Origin: Calcarisporiella thermophila CBS 279.70
Taxonomy: Eukaryota; Fungi; Calcarisporiellomycota
Length of the DNA stretch: 64,000 nucleotides
Assembly (NCBI RefSeq): GCF_041956535.1
Contig: NW_027192193.1
Span: forward strand, 859,192-923,191
Direction: 5' to 3'
Made by a program: the position numbers and the translations under genes. The notes under the pieces are model-generated. The model was not told the origin of the DNA and did not search any database. It was given only the letters and a program-made list of their open reading frames with translations. This document shows positions 49,577 through 61,206 of this stretch, one piece after another; within the stretch, counting starts at the first letter, position 1, and every line of letters begins with the position of its first letter.

Positions 49577-51174
49577 ATGACCACCCATTACTCTTTCGCC
49601 GACCCCGTCGACCCCCTCTCCCTTCCTTCCTCGAATGTCCCACGCTTCCTCGCCACTAATTTAATGGAGCAGGCCCCCGGCAAGCCACCCGCGCTCTCCT
49701 TGGCCGCCAGCCTCCCCAAGGGAAGTCATCGCTTCCTCTTCCACGATCGGCAGAGCGAGATTGAGCACATTCTGGCCCAGACGAGCAAAGACCCTGTGTT
49801 CGTGGAGGAGCTGCATGCAATGGACCAGTGGTTTGGAGCACTGTCCAGCGCGGAGAGAACCGCGGCGCTCTACCAGCTGCTCCAGTACTGCCCCCCGCCC
49901 TACCTCCACTATTTCATGGAGCTGTTAAGGCGCAGGCTAGACCCCGCTTGGAACCCCTCCTCACGGTCCCCCGTGAGCCTGCACGGTACCCAACCGTCTC
50001 ATGCGCTCGGGCGATTTGCTTGTTTGCTAATCTGTACATTTATAGATCCAGTAGGAGCGGGAATCGGCGGCGAAGCCAATAGCCCGCGTGCCCTCGCTGA
50101 AATGCAGAATGACCTTGCATCGCGCAACTCGTGGCCCACGCTGCATCCGGCAGGCAGGCATGTGCCCACGCCCACTCGCCCAAACTCGGGCATCTACGAG
50201 GCGCTCGTCATGAGCCCCAGAGACGTGCGCGCCATGGATCCCCCCCAGACCCACCGAGACGACCTCGCCTCCTCCCAGTGGCCCGCCGCCCCCCGCAGGG
50301 CCGGCGTCATCGGCGAGGGCCTGAAGTCGTGCCGCCCCCGCTCCATGGACCTTACGATGCTGGTCGGCCACGCCGCCAGCCACGACCAGCGCTCCTCGCT
50401 CGGGAGCGAGTGGAACATCTTCTCCCCCGCGCCCCCCTTCTCGGTCAGCAGCACGAGGGCGATGGAGCGGCCCCACTCCGCCGCGGATGTGGAGCGCCCG
50501 CCGTCCGCCGCCCCGCCGCCCGCCGCCGACCACGAGGTTCCCCCGTGGTGCGCCGGTGTGCACCGGGAGTCCCTTTCCCCACCCTTCCTCAAGGGCGCCC
50601 TCCCCGATCTCGCCCCATCCCTCTGGAAGTACTCGCCCGTCGCGGTGCCGGAGGGCCAGCTGCTCCCGAAGCGCGGGGACCTCTCCCCGCTGGGGGACGA
50701 GCCCCACGAGGGCTACACGAGCGACCACAGCGACCAGTCTAGCACGGCGCGCCGGCCCTCCCACCATGGTCGGCCCCGGGAGAGGCGCGCCGACCAGGTG
50801 GATATGGATCTGGTCAACGGTAAGTGCGGTGCATTTAGATTGCTACGCTTGTAGGCTAACGGCCCATGCGCTCCCACGAATAGATCTTCCGGCCTGGCTG
50901 CGCAGCCTGCGCCTCCACAAATACACCCCGCTCTTCGCGGGCAAGACGTGGCGAGACCTGATCCGGATGAGCGACGAGGAGCTGCTTGACCGGGGGGTTG
51001 CCGCCCTGGGCGCGCGTCGCAAGATGCTCAAGGTGTTCGAGGCCTTGCGGGCCCACTGCGTAGAGAATGTAAGTGCCGCGGCTTGACGGGGCCCTCCTCT
51101 CCGCAAGGGGGCCTCGCTCTGCCCTCCCCATCTAACCACGGCTTGCCATGCCAATCTAGAACATCCCGACCTAG
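49577..51174 (+). CDS. VTS1: Vts1/Smaug-family SAM-domain RNA-binding protein
   Basis: N-terminal [24 protein letters not shown] domain [18 protein letters not shown]...[16 protein letters not shown]. Probable short last exon NIPT* at 51160-51174. Confidence 0.9.
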
Positions 51175-52154
51175 CCCGCCGCCCAACTTCTCGGCCTTGC
51201 ACCCGCCTCGCACCGTCCCCCGAGTGTGCCGCAGGGCGTCCTGTGGATCCTATGCAACCGGTTGACGCAATCCTTGTGAAGCTTTGTTCCCTCTTGTTCC
51301 GTGGTTGTGATTGTTCTCCATTCCGTTGTTTTTGGTCTGTTTTGTCTGATTGTTCAGTGTATGTGTTTGGTGGATTTCAGACGGAACGCTTTCTGAAAAA
51401 AAAAAGCACTTTTCCCAAGGGCTCATGAGCTGGCTGCGTGCCGCCGGCTTTTCAAAGGCCGCTTATTAGAGGCTTGTTGGTGGCAGGGGCAGCGAGGCGG
51501 GGAGCGGAGCACGCTGGCTCCACAGCAGAAACAGAGTTTTTGCCACCGTTTGGTAATTAAAACTTCTGGTGGACAACGAGTGACCGAGCCTAGCCAAATG
51601 CGGCTCGTGGCCGCGATTTGCTGAACGGTGTTTTTGGATTCATCGTAACCCACTCGCTGCACCGTTTTAAATTTTTTCGGATTATCGTTGATTCCATGAG
51701 CGGCCCGTTTCGTCCGCCTCTAGCTTCGTCCGCTTCCTGCCGCATTGCCTGCTTGCCGCGCTGCTAGAGCCGCCCGCATCTCCCTTCCCCCCTTTGCCAC
51801 GCTGCTCTCGTCTCTCCCCGCGCCCGCTCATCCCTTCTTCCTCCCTCCCCCCCTCCCCCGCTCCCCCCCGATTCCTATGCCCCTTCACCCATCCCAATCC
51901 CCATCACAGTCGGTTGGATTATTGTGTGTGGTGTATTGTGTGTGTGCCTGTGCAGCGCCTGATCTGAATCCTCGATACCATTCGGTTTTCCCATGTGAGG
52001 GCCCAGCCCACGCACTGATTCTCCCCTAGGTTATAACTTCCTTTTTGCTGTTATTGATCGCTACCCATTCCTCTAATCGCCATCGCTACGCATTCGGTTT
52101 TCTTGTTTCCTGTAACCTCTTTCTTGATTCTCGGCGGCTCCATTGAACTCCAGA

Positions 52155-54533
52155 ATGACGGCAGCCCTCTCGGTCTCTGCCCTGTCTGTAACCACCCACA
52201 AAACGAGCGGAAGCGCTCCCCCCCCTCTCGTCGGGGCCAGCATGACCCCCGTCGATGCCTGCAACCGCCTCTATGTCTTCAGCGGCAGACTCGCCACCTC
52301 TCGGGCCATGACCAACGACCTCTACGAGCTCAACACAGCCACACTCCACTGGAGGCGGCTCGCCACCGCGCCCGCCCCCGGCCACCTCCAGCCCCAAGCG
52401 CGCTACTTCCACTCGGCAAGCTACCACGCCGGCCGGCTGATCGTCTTCGGGGGGATGGGCTATTCGGCCTACCCGCGAGACGGCGGGGAAACCCCCGGCA
52501 AGCGGGGCCAGCTCACGGTCCTCGACGACCTGCACGTCCTCGACCTCGAGACGCTGACCTGGACCCAGCCCCAGATCTCCCCGGGGCTCTTCGACCCGCA
52601 GGCCCGCTACGCACACAATGCCGCCGTGGCAGGCGACCGCCTGATCGTGATCGGGGGCCAAGACATCACCAACGCCTACATCGAGGAGGTCAACCTCCTC
52701 GATCTGAACGAGTGGACGTGGACCCTCTCCCGAGCCTGCCCCAACCAGCTCGGCACCTATCGCTCCGTCGCCGCCACCGTCGCCCCCAGCGTGGCCGCCA
52801 ACATCCCGTTGGTGGGCGTGTGCAACCGGGGCGTGTTTTGTTTGCCCGCGGAGGAGGGCCCCGCGGGAAGAAGGGGCGGCGGCTCGTTCGAGTGGGCGGC
52901 GGATTCGCCCCCCCTCGCTTCGCCCTCGTCGACGCCCAGTAGAGACGCCCTCCGGAGCAACTCCCTCCACGCCTCGGATCGCTTGGGCTCCCGAGAGCGG
53001 CGAACAAGCCTCGCCAGCCAGCAGCATCCCCCTCCTCCTCGGTGGGGAAGCCTATCGATGGTGGGCGCCGAGGAGCAGGCCCACCATCCCGTGTACATCT
53101 TCGCCAACTACAACCACAACGCAAACGTGCGCCGCGAGGTGCTCCTGACCCAGTGGCTGCACCCCGCCTCCTTCAACATCTCCACCATCCCCAACGCATT
53201 CCAGGGCGGCCCGCCGCCCTATCTGCGCTTCCCCACCGGCGGCATTGTCGGGCACCACTTTGTCATTGCCGGCACCTTCATCTCGCGCTCCACCCAGTCC
53301 TTCTCGATGTATGCCCTCAACCTCAACACCTTCTCCTGGTCGCGCCTCGAGACGGGCGCCTCCCTTGCGCAGGGCTCGTGGAACTCGGCCGTCCTGACCG
53401 GGAACCGCCTGCTCGTCTTCGGCAACCACCACCGGGACCTGGCGGAGGACTACGCGCACCGGCAGCTGAACTTTGAGCACGTGGCCGTCGTCGACCTGGA
53501 GACCTACGGCATCTACCACCCCCCCGAGGAGACCATTTCGGGGGCCGCGCAGGAGATAGGGCTGGAGATGCTGCGCGGGGAGTGGATGGCCGACCTGGCG
53601 GTGAAGACGAGCGATGGAAAGCCGCTGAGGGTCAACTCGAGGCTGGTGGCGGAGCGATGGCCCTGGTTCCGGGAGCTGCTGGAGGCGGAGGGGGCGAGGA
53701 GGAAGCAACCAACGGCTGCGGATCCGGGCCGACTGCAAGAGGAGGCAGGGCCCGGGGAGGGGGCAGAGGCGAAGGCGGACACGCCCCTCGTGGCCCCGGG
53801 CTCGTCGCCCGCCGAGCTGGAGACGCCGCTGCCCACCCCTCGGCCCGAGGATGAGCTAGGGGGCAGCGGGGCAGCGGGCTCCGACCACGAGCAAGGGTTC
53901 GCGCCCCCCCCGCCCTACCTCGTCGACCAGGTGCTCCACTTCCCTCACCCCCACGACCTGGTGTACGCTCTGATGCAGTTCCTGTACACGGGCCACCTCT
54001 TCACCGCCGAGCAACACCAGCCCCGCATCCTTGCCCAGCTGCTGCTGCTCGCCGACCTCTACGACCTCTCCCGCCTAAAGGCGCTGGCCACCCACGCCCT
54101 GCACCAAATGCTCAACATGCAGACGGCCCCCCTGATCTACGAGAGCGCCACCCTGGCGGGGTGCAGGAGCCTCCTGGTGAGAGCGCTCCGAGTCATGATG
54201 GCCACCAAGCGCTTCCTGGAGCAGCAGCAGAGGAAGCTGGAGGCCGCGGACATGGGCACGCTCTCGTTCGGGAACAGCCACTCCCCCACCTCGACTCTCG
54301 TGGAGCACAGCTCCAGCGAGCCCCCCCTCTCCTATGCGTATTACAAGTCGCCGCTCTCCCCACCCTCGACCAGCGCGAGATACATGGCGGGAACCCCGCC
54401 CCCCCTGCGGTCGCTCGACCCGAAGGACTCCCCACGGTCCCCCCTGCCCGAGATCCCGGAGCGAAAGAAGAGTGAGCCCAAGCGCCCCCCCGCGATCTTC
54501 GGTGCGTTTGGGATGGCGGGCGGAATATTGTGA
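52155..54533 (+). CDS. Kelch-repeat + BTB protein (Mds3/Pmd1/Ral2-like); intronless
   Basis: Kelch blades LYVFSGR, ARYFHSA, LIVFGGMG and ARYAHNA. Family segment PPYLRFPTGGIVGHHFVIAGTFIS...SWN. BTB domain ADLAVKTSDG...ERWPWF...ALMQFLYT...ATHALH. Confidence 0.9.
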   Translation: MTAALSVSALSVTTHKTSGSAPPPLVGASMTPVDACNRLYVFSGRLATSRAMTNDLYELNTATLHWRRLATAPAPGHLQPQARYFHSASYHAGRLIVFGGMGYSAYPRDGGETPGKRGQLTVLDDLHVLDLETLTWTQPQISPGLFDPQARYAHNAAVAGDRLIVIGGQDITNAYIEEVNLLDLNEWTWTLSRACPNQLGTYRSVAATVAPSVAANIPLVGVCNRGVFCLPAEEGPAGRRGGGSFEWAADSPPLASPSSTPSRDALRSNSLHASDRLGSRERRTSLASQQHPPPPRWGSLSMVGAEEQAHHPVYIFANYNHNANVRREVLLTQWLHPASFNISTIPNAFQGGPPPYLRFPTGGIVGHHFVIAGTFISRSTQSFSMYALNLNTFSWSRLETGASLAQGSWNSAVLTGNRLLVFGNHHRDLAEDYAHRQLNFEHVAVVDLETYGIYHPPEETISGAAQEIGLEMLRGEWMADLAVKTSDGKPLRVNSRLVAERWPWFRELLEAEGARRKQPTAADPGRLQEEAGPGEGAEAKADTPLVAPGSSPAELETPLPTPRPEDELGGSGAAGSDHEQGFAPPPPYLVDQVLHFPHPHDLVYALMQFLYTGHLFTAEQHQPRILAQLLLLADLYDLSRLKALATHALHQMLNMQTAPLIYESATLAGCRSLLVRALRVMMATKRFLEQQQRKLEAADMGTLSFGNSHSPTSTLVEHSSSEPPLSYAYYKSPLSPPSTSARYMAGTPPPLRSLDPKDSPRSPLPEIPERKKSEPKRPPAIFGAFGMAGGIL

Positions 54534-55117
54534 AACCCGCCCCCCCTTCCCACGCCCTCCCCCGCTCCTCTCCATGTATACACCTCGATTTTTTGGGAAT
54601 TTGTTGTTTTTGGATTGTATTTCTTTATTTTTGTTTGGTCTGCTTTTTTTCCCCGTTTATTTTTGTTCCAAATCTAGCTGTAATTTTTATTTTTATATTA
54701 ATAATGATGATGTTTTTTTTTCTTTCGTTTGGACTTAGTGTGTTAAAGTGTGTGTGCGTGCGTGTGCTTTACCACCTCGTCAAGGTGTGTTCATATAAAT
54801 TTATTTATCTCAGCGGATCGCAAAAAGAAGGAAGGTGGAACAAAACAGAGGGGATGGAGCCCGTTGACACGTGGAGAAAAGTTGATTTATTGGGATGGAC
54901 CAAAAACTAGAAAAAAAAAAGGAAAGACGACATACCGCACACCGGGGAAGGGAAAATTAGATTTTTTTTTTCTTAGAATCTTTCAAACTCCAGGCGATTT
55001 CCTACAATGCATCTAGAAAATAAAAAAAAAAAGAGTTCGAGAAGGGGAAACCTCTCGCTCCCCTCCTCTCTCTACCCTCCAAGCGTCAAAGAAATAAACA
55101 ACAAAAGTCAACATGCT

Positions 55118-56711
55118 TCAGCGATACCGGTGGTGGGGAGACTTGGAGCGCGACGGCGACTTTGTGCGCGAACGCGAGCGTGTCCGGGAGCGTCTACTTC
55201 TGCTGTCCCGAGAACGTCGGCTATGGGGAAGAATTTGGAAAAAGAAAAAAGAAAACACGTCAGTCCCTTGGTGCTCATCCACCCCCCTCGCCGTGGGGAT
55301 GCTCATCTCCCAAAAGAAAAAAAAAAGAAATGGCACTCCAACAACAACAAAAAAAAAATTATTGTTTCTCTTACTAGTCATCACGGTCCTCGCGGTAGCG
55401 GTCGCGGTCGCGATCATGCCGATCACGGTCTCCATAACGGTCTCGCTCATGACGGTCGCGGCGATCCCGATCCCGGTCTCGGTCTCGGTCTCGGTCCCGA
55501 CGGGAGTAGCGGTCGTGGCGGCGCCCTCCTCCCATGTCTCGTTTGCTACGGAGCTCCTCAAGGGTGTCGCGGATTTGTTTGTATCCCATGTGAAGCTAGC
55601 CGTCGAAAGAGGACGGAATGGAAATGATTATTTTGTGAGCTCCTTGTAAGCAATCCAGCCTCTTCACCCATACCTTTCCCTGGAAATGATCGGCTAAACG
55701 CTTATCAGAGTCGAGCACGGAAAGAAAGGCCCCGCACACCTCGCACACACGCAACTTCTTCTGCAGGGCAGATGCTTCACGCTCCTCAATCTCTTTCTAC
55801 CAAAACAAACATAGAGGAGTTTGAAGTCAGCTTGAACGGCAACAAGCATCTCTTTTATGTACCTTTTTGGCCGCCTGCTCTTCCTTCTTGACTTCAATCT
55901 GCTTGAGAAGAGCCATCGACTCCGTGACCTTCCCCTCCTCACCCAGAGCCTCGGCCTCCTGCACCATAGCAGCGATCTCGGCCTCAAGCTCCTGTAACTC
56001 TTGCTCCTATTGCACATACAGCCAAAAGATCAATGAATCTACAGGCAAGTAAGAGGATAGCCCGGAAAAAATCATATACATCTTTATTCTCCCCCTCCTC
56101 CTCCTCTCCCTGCGTCTTTTCCAGTCGTGCCCGTGCAGCTCTGATTTTACGATCGCATTCCATTGTGAAGCGCTCCATCGCCGCGATGAAGTCGGGCTCA
56201 AAGCCACGCTCCTCGCCTTTGCGCTTGGCATCTTCATACTCTTGCTTGAGGCGATCCGAATGGACGTTTGGACAGGGGCCTATATCTGCTTTCTAAGAGA
56301 GGAAAGAGAGCAGAGGAAATAAAAAAAACCAAGAAAAAGGAATGCATAGGCAGTGAGCGAAAACATCGGCTTCTTAAATAAACGATCTTGGCTACCCACC
56401 GTATTGCTTCAAGATCGATGTCAAAGAGTAAAGAATTTGCATCTAGGTTAGTTGATTGTGAATACAAACTCTGATGGCTCTCATTCTCTTACCGAAAGAG
56501 TTCCTGCGGGCAGAATCCACACAGATATGATCGACATACACGACTGTCATAATAACGTAGATTCTCAGGCGCCCCTCCTGCACACATCCCATAATAATAA
56601 ATGAAAGAAAAATTAAAACATGGTGGAAAATCAAGAGGCGATTCAAGCAAATCTACCCATGGCCTCCAGACCCATAAGCGCCTCCAGTGCTTTTCTTTGC
56701 GCCTCGACCAT
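55118..56711 (-). CDS. LUC7: U1 snRNP splicing factor Luc7 with RD/RS tail
   Basis: MVEAQRKALEALMG. ZnF1 VCRSYLCGFCPQELF-RNT-KADIGPCPNVH. ZnF2 QKKLRVCEVCGAFLSVLDSDKRLADHFQGK|LHMGY. RD repeats and a final RS-rich exon 55221-55118. Confidence 0.95.
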
Positions 56712-56987
56712 GTCGTTGAGGAAACGGTGACAAGAACAGGCAGGATTAATTAAAACAATAAAAATAAAAAGGTGAAGAAACAGAGTCTCCAAACTTCGAT
56801 GGATTTCTAGGATTGAGGACTGCTTTCTTGCAACAAAACACATCTATCCTTAAAAACCCCGTCCCCCCTCATTCCTCTCATTTTCGATGGTAAGATATTA
56901 AATTATATTTTGGAAAAAAAAGGGGGAGAGCGAATAAATATAGAATAGAATACAATATGTAAAAGAACACACTACATAGGCAAAAGT

Positions 56988-58334
56988 TCAGGTGGTTTGA
57001 TTCCCCCTCCACATCTCGCTGTTCAGCAAAAGTCTAGGATCATTTGCATCGACGGTGAAGCCGCGCGCATTCGAAAGCGGCGGGGCCAAGGGGTCAGTGG
57101 AGTGGACCACTTGGATGATATGTCTTTCTTCCAGCCTACACACTAAAGCAAGCAGACAAGCCCTCGAATAGTTTAGCGAGCCTTCCGATAGGGATGGGAG
57201 AGTGGGGGGAGGGAGGGGGCGGGACCGTCCTCCAAGACAACACTTACTCTTATCACCCTGCCGGAAATCGGCCACCACGGTAATCTCGCCGCTCTGTGCG
57301 TCCTCCCCGGGGACGCCACTGAGAACGTTGTTCTCCCATTTCAACCAATTCAGGAGGTTGGGAGAGCTGAAAATGACCTTGGGGGCTATCCATCCCGGCA
57401 CAGAGAAGGGGGATCAACGTCACGCACAAACAAGGAAACAAGGCAGGGAACCGGCTTACCGCAATAATGGGGGTCCCACACCTTGGGCTCGTACACGTAC
57501 CGCTCCCCGACAAATGCGACGGCGGACGGACGCCCGACGATACGGCTCTTGAACGGCTGAAAGATCCACCGGCCGGACGTATCGCGCCCCGCGTTTACGG
57601 ACCAGACATGGCTCCCCTTGGACTTTGTCTTTTTGCCCTCCTCGTTAAACCGAGAGATATATCTGGATGGAGATTAGCAAGGGGGGTCGCGCTCAACGAC
57701 TCAAGCAAATTTCCAAGCAACTAGGCCACTCACTTTGTCTGCCATAAAAACGCTTTGACATTCTTCAGGGACACGCTGATGCCCTTCCGCAGGACAAACT
57801 CGTAGAATCCGTTCGAGAAGGACTGGATGCGAAATTTGAAAATGCGGAAATCGGTGTTGAGTTTGACGCGTTTGGCGGTTTGAGTTTGGTGGATGCGGTC
57901 GCCTCGACTATCCGTGGCATTGACTAAAGGGAAGAGGAAAACCCAGAGCGAAATAAGCCATCCAATGGTCGCGCGGAGGGGTGGGGGGAGGGTGAACAGC
58001 AATGGGGTGGACTTACTGTCGTTGCATGTTCGCTCCAGATAATCGAGGAATATCCCCTCTAACTGTTCAAAAGGAACAAAAGACGGCGGCTCCGTCGACT
58101 CCGACCTCGACAATGTCTCCGGTATGTTAAGCGTGGGGGGTATCGGGGAAATGGATGGGGTTAAATGGGAGGGTCGAGATGCGACGGCGGAATTCTATCG
58201 TAAATAGAGATGCATTAGTATCTTTGACGGGGTGGCCCATGACACTTGACAGTACACTGGCTGTTGGAGAGGGTCGGGTGTGTAAACTGGATCTAGGTTG
58301 AAAACGTGCTTGTTCAGTTAAGTTTGCTGAATTC
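56988..58334 (-). CDS. Uncharacterised conserved fungal protein with a C-terminal Ig/cadherin-like segment; true start not resolved
   Basis: Spliced exons give FLDYLERTCND|INATDSRGDRIHQTQTAKRVK...DFRIFKFRIQSFSNGF...|YISRFNEEGKKTKSKGSHVWSV...|FSSPNLLNWLKWENNVLSGVP, with canonical GT..AG junctions in phase. Confidence 0.7.
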
Positions 58335-61089
58335 TGAAAATGGCCAGGAAGCAGGGAGGTGAAAAGACGTGAAGGGAAGAAGGGAGAGTTGGAAGAGAGA
58401 GGGAGGGAGAGAGAGAGAGATGCTTTGGTGAATAAATGTGAATAACCAAATATCATAGACCAAAGGATCCTACTGCATCTATTCTGGGAGAGGAGGAAAC
58501 TAGACTCCCTAAAGGCAAGGGTTGAGCAGGTGGCGTTGGCACCCCTTCTCTTGCCGCGCCGGCTCTGGTATTAAGCTGCTAGTGGGTGCAAAAGACCGGT
58601 AAACTCTGATATTCAGAAAAAAAGCACGTATACGGTAAAAGGCCATTCCAGTACATACAAGACTTGTCCACTTCACACGAAAATCATCCAAGACCCCAAT
58701 GATCTGGGAAATTTCTTCTAGTCGACGAAACGATTCATTCTCAGCCCCTTGGTCAAAGTACTGTTTTGCGAGTTGGGCATTATATATGATGCTACACATG
58801 TAATGCATTAAGACACCTTAGTATTCAACCTATTAATAAAAGTGGGGATGGCCCTCTATGAAGGGGGGTAGACCCCAATATTTTCTAAGGAGGGAAGGCC
58901 CCTGCCATGCAATCCCCATTCCCACTCCTTTGGGATGGCAGCTGAATGAAAAGAGGTACCTTTCGAAGAGTTGAGAGAGATTCATTATGTCGATGATCCA
59001 TGTCAATAAGGTTAACCGTTGGGCCGCACTGGCATAAGCGTTCGACACACTTGGACATATCTTTTTTTTTCCAAGAGATTGGCAGTCACGGGCCTTAAAC
59101 AACCCTCTTCCCACCATCTCCACCCCTCCCTCCTCCCCTCCTCTTTCCTTTCAGCGCAGCGCAAATGACAGTCATACTGTACCGTTTTAGGTAGCATAAT
59201 TTCGGCTTGTGTTTTTGTTTATAATGTGACAAGGCTGAAATGCATTTCCAAAGGCGAATACTAAGGCTACGGAAGGTGTATGACTAGGCCGTAGCCTACA
59301 AGCCATGACTCATACTCTCAATGCTCCAACGACTCAAGTTCAAAGAGAAGTTGGGAAGGGGTGTTGATTTCCTCTCTGCCCTGCAGGCGCAGGGTCTCGA
59401 AGGAAAAAGAGGATTTTTTTACCTTGCTCCCTGCACTTCCTACAGCAGATCTGGCAAGCAGCACATTTATTACAGTGTGCAGAAAAGCGTAAGTCTTAGT
59501 CGGCAAACCGCTCTCTTCCTGCACAGCAGTCTTCCTCTGTGTTTCTAAATCGGTCTCTATGGATCCAGATCCATATAAACCATTGTTTCTATTGAAGCCT
59601 CTCCGGCTAAAAGATTTGGATCACCAAAAATAAATCCATAGAGACTACCGTTGTATAGCGACGATGTTCGCAAGATATATGACGTTTGTGTTGCCAAAAA
59701 TAAGCACGCTGGATTTGGACTGTGCACGATAATTATAGGGATGCGCGTTGCTCCGATACCGGGCAAATCCAAATCCCAATCTTGAACCAGCCACCAGGGC
59801 TCCGCAGCCACTCTGCAAGAGAGAAGTCGATAGGATGGGCAAGTAAGCTTCAGCTGGATGACTATGTGGAGTAGGCGTATCGCACCAGGACGGCCTGCCA
59901 GAAACCACTCGCCACCGGGCAGGTAGAAGTGCCTCATTGGAAAACAGGTGTCAGAAGTTTCCAGAGTAGAACACTCGCCTGCATTGGCGCGATGAGTAAT
60001 GGTGCAACGCTCGTCGAACCAATGTCCTCCCGCCGACGCGTGGCTTGGAGCAGCGCCATAGCAGGTCGTCGATAGAGTTCATCCCAAAAGTGCAACACTT
60101 GCCCACTGGGTTTCCAATCCGGTATTGCATGTAGATTGGTCCCCGGCTAAAAATAGTCTTCTGCATAGGTCGCTTCCATGCATAGACTCGGATGGGCCAT
60201 GGCGGCAGGGTTGAGCCGTGGAAGACCCTCGATCAGCCCTGAGAAATCGGGAGAGAGCTGAGCGCCGTGCCCGCGGCTCCTTTGGAAACAGCGCCTGATG
60301 CTCAGGGGAATCGGCGAACAAGTAAGAAACGGGCCCTTGCATGCAGCTCCCCCTCACATGCCACACCTGTCGCTGCGGGATGGCGGCTGAACTTGCTGCT
60401 GAACATGGCAGCGTGCTACATGGTGCCCCGGTGGGCCGAAATCGAGCCCTTCCTGGTCCCCTCCAGCCGGCTCACACCGAGATGGGCGTGGAAGCGCAAA
60501 GCGCTCCCTCCTCTCCTGCGTGGCAACTCATGCCCCGAAAGGGCTAGGAGCCGCCGATTAGATTCTGGCTCTTAAGCGGCCTGGTCGGGCGTCGTTACAC
60601 CGCGAGTTGCATAATCGGCAGTATTGCATTTGAATTTGTGCGCGGTTGCACGCCCTCTGCTGCTGATGCAATACACCAGAGAGCGGGATTAGGCTGGCGT
60701 GCCCAATTCGAAAGCTTTATTCCCGAATGGTCCGTGGTATTTTTGCACCACCTCCCTTTGCATGATGCATTTCAGCTGCGCGAATTTCGCCGGGAATTTT
60801 GGAGAGGACAGCCTCAGCCATCGTTAGATGAAAATGGAACATTCAAGACAAACCTCCTCAGCCCCAATGGCCATTAATAGCCTCCTGCGCACCAAGCGCC
60901 GCGGCCATGGGGCGGGGAGGTGCTGCCGCCTCCCCGGAACCGTATATAAGGCGGCTCCTGCCCTCGCCCTCGCCTCTTGGCTCCCGGCGACCTGTGCACG
61001 AAAATCTCTAGCCAAGAAATCCAAACACCCGCACCAAGATTGGGTTTACCTATTTTCAGCCTCGGAATTTTTTTTGCAATTTAATTACT

Positions 61090-61097
61090 TATATAAA
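61090..61097 (+). promoter_or_regulatory. Candidate TATA box of the SOD gene
   Basis: TATATAAA about 110 nt upstream of ATG 61207. Confidence 0.45.
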
Positions 61098-61206
61098 CCC
61101 CACCCCCAATCAAACCGTTTCACCTCTCCTCTCTCCTCCTAACTTGGGAACTCCCGTATTTCTCTCACCGCACGCTTTCTTCGCTTTAGTCTCTGGTGTT
61201 GGAGCA

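Noticed and set aside
50027-54738. Numerous long antisense and alternative-frame ORFs over VTS1 and the Kelch-BTB gene
   Set aside because: Expected shadow ORFs in very GC-rich coding DNA.
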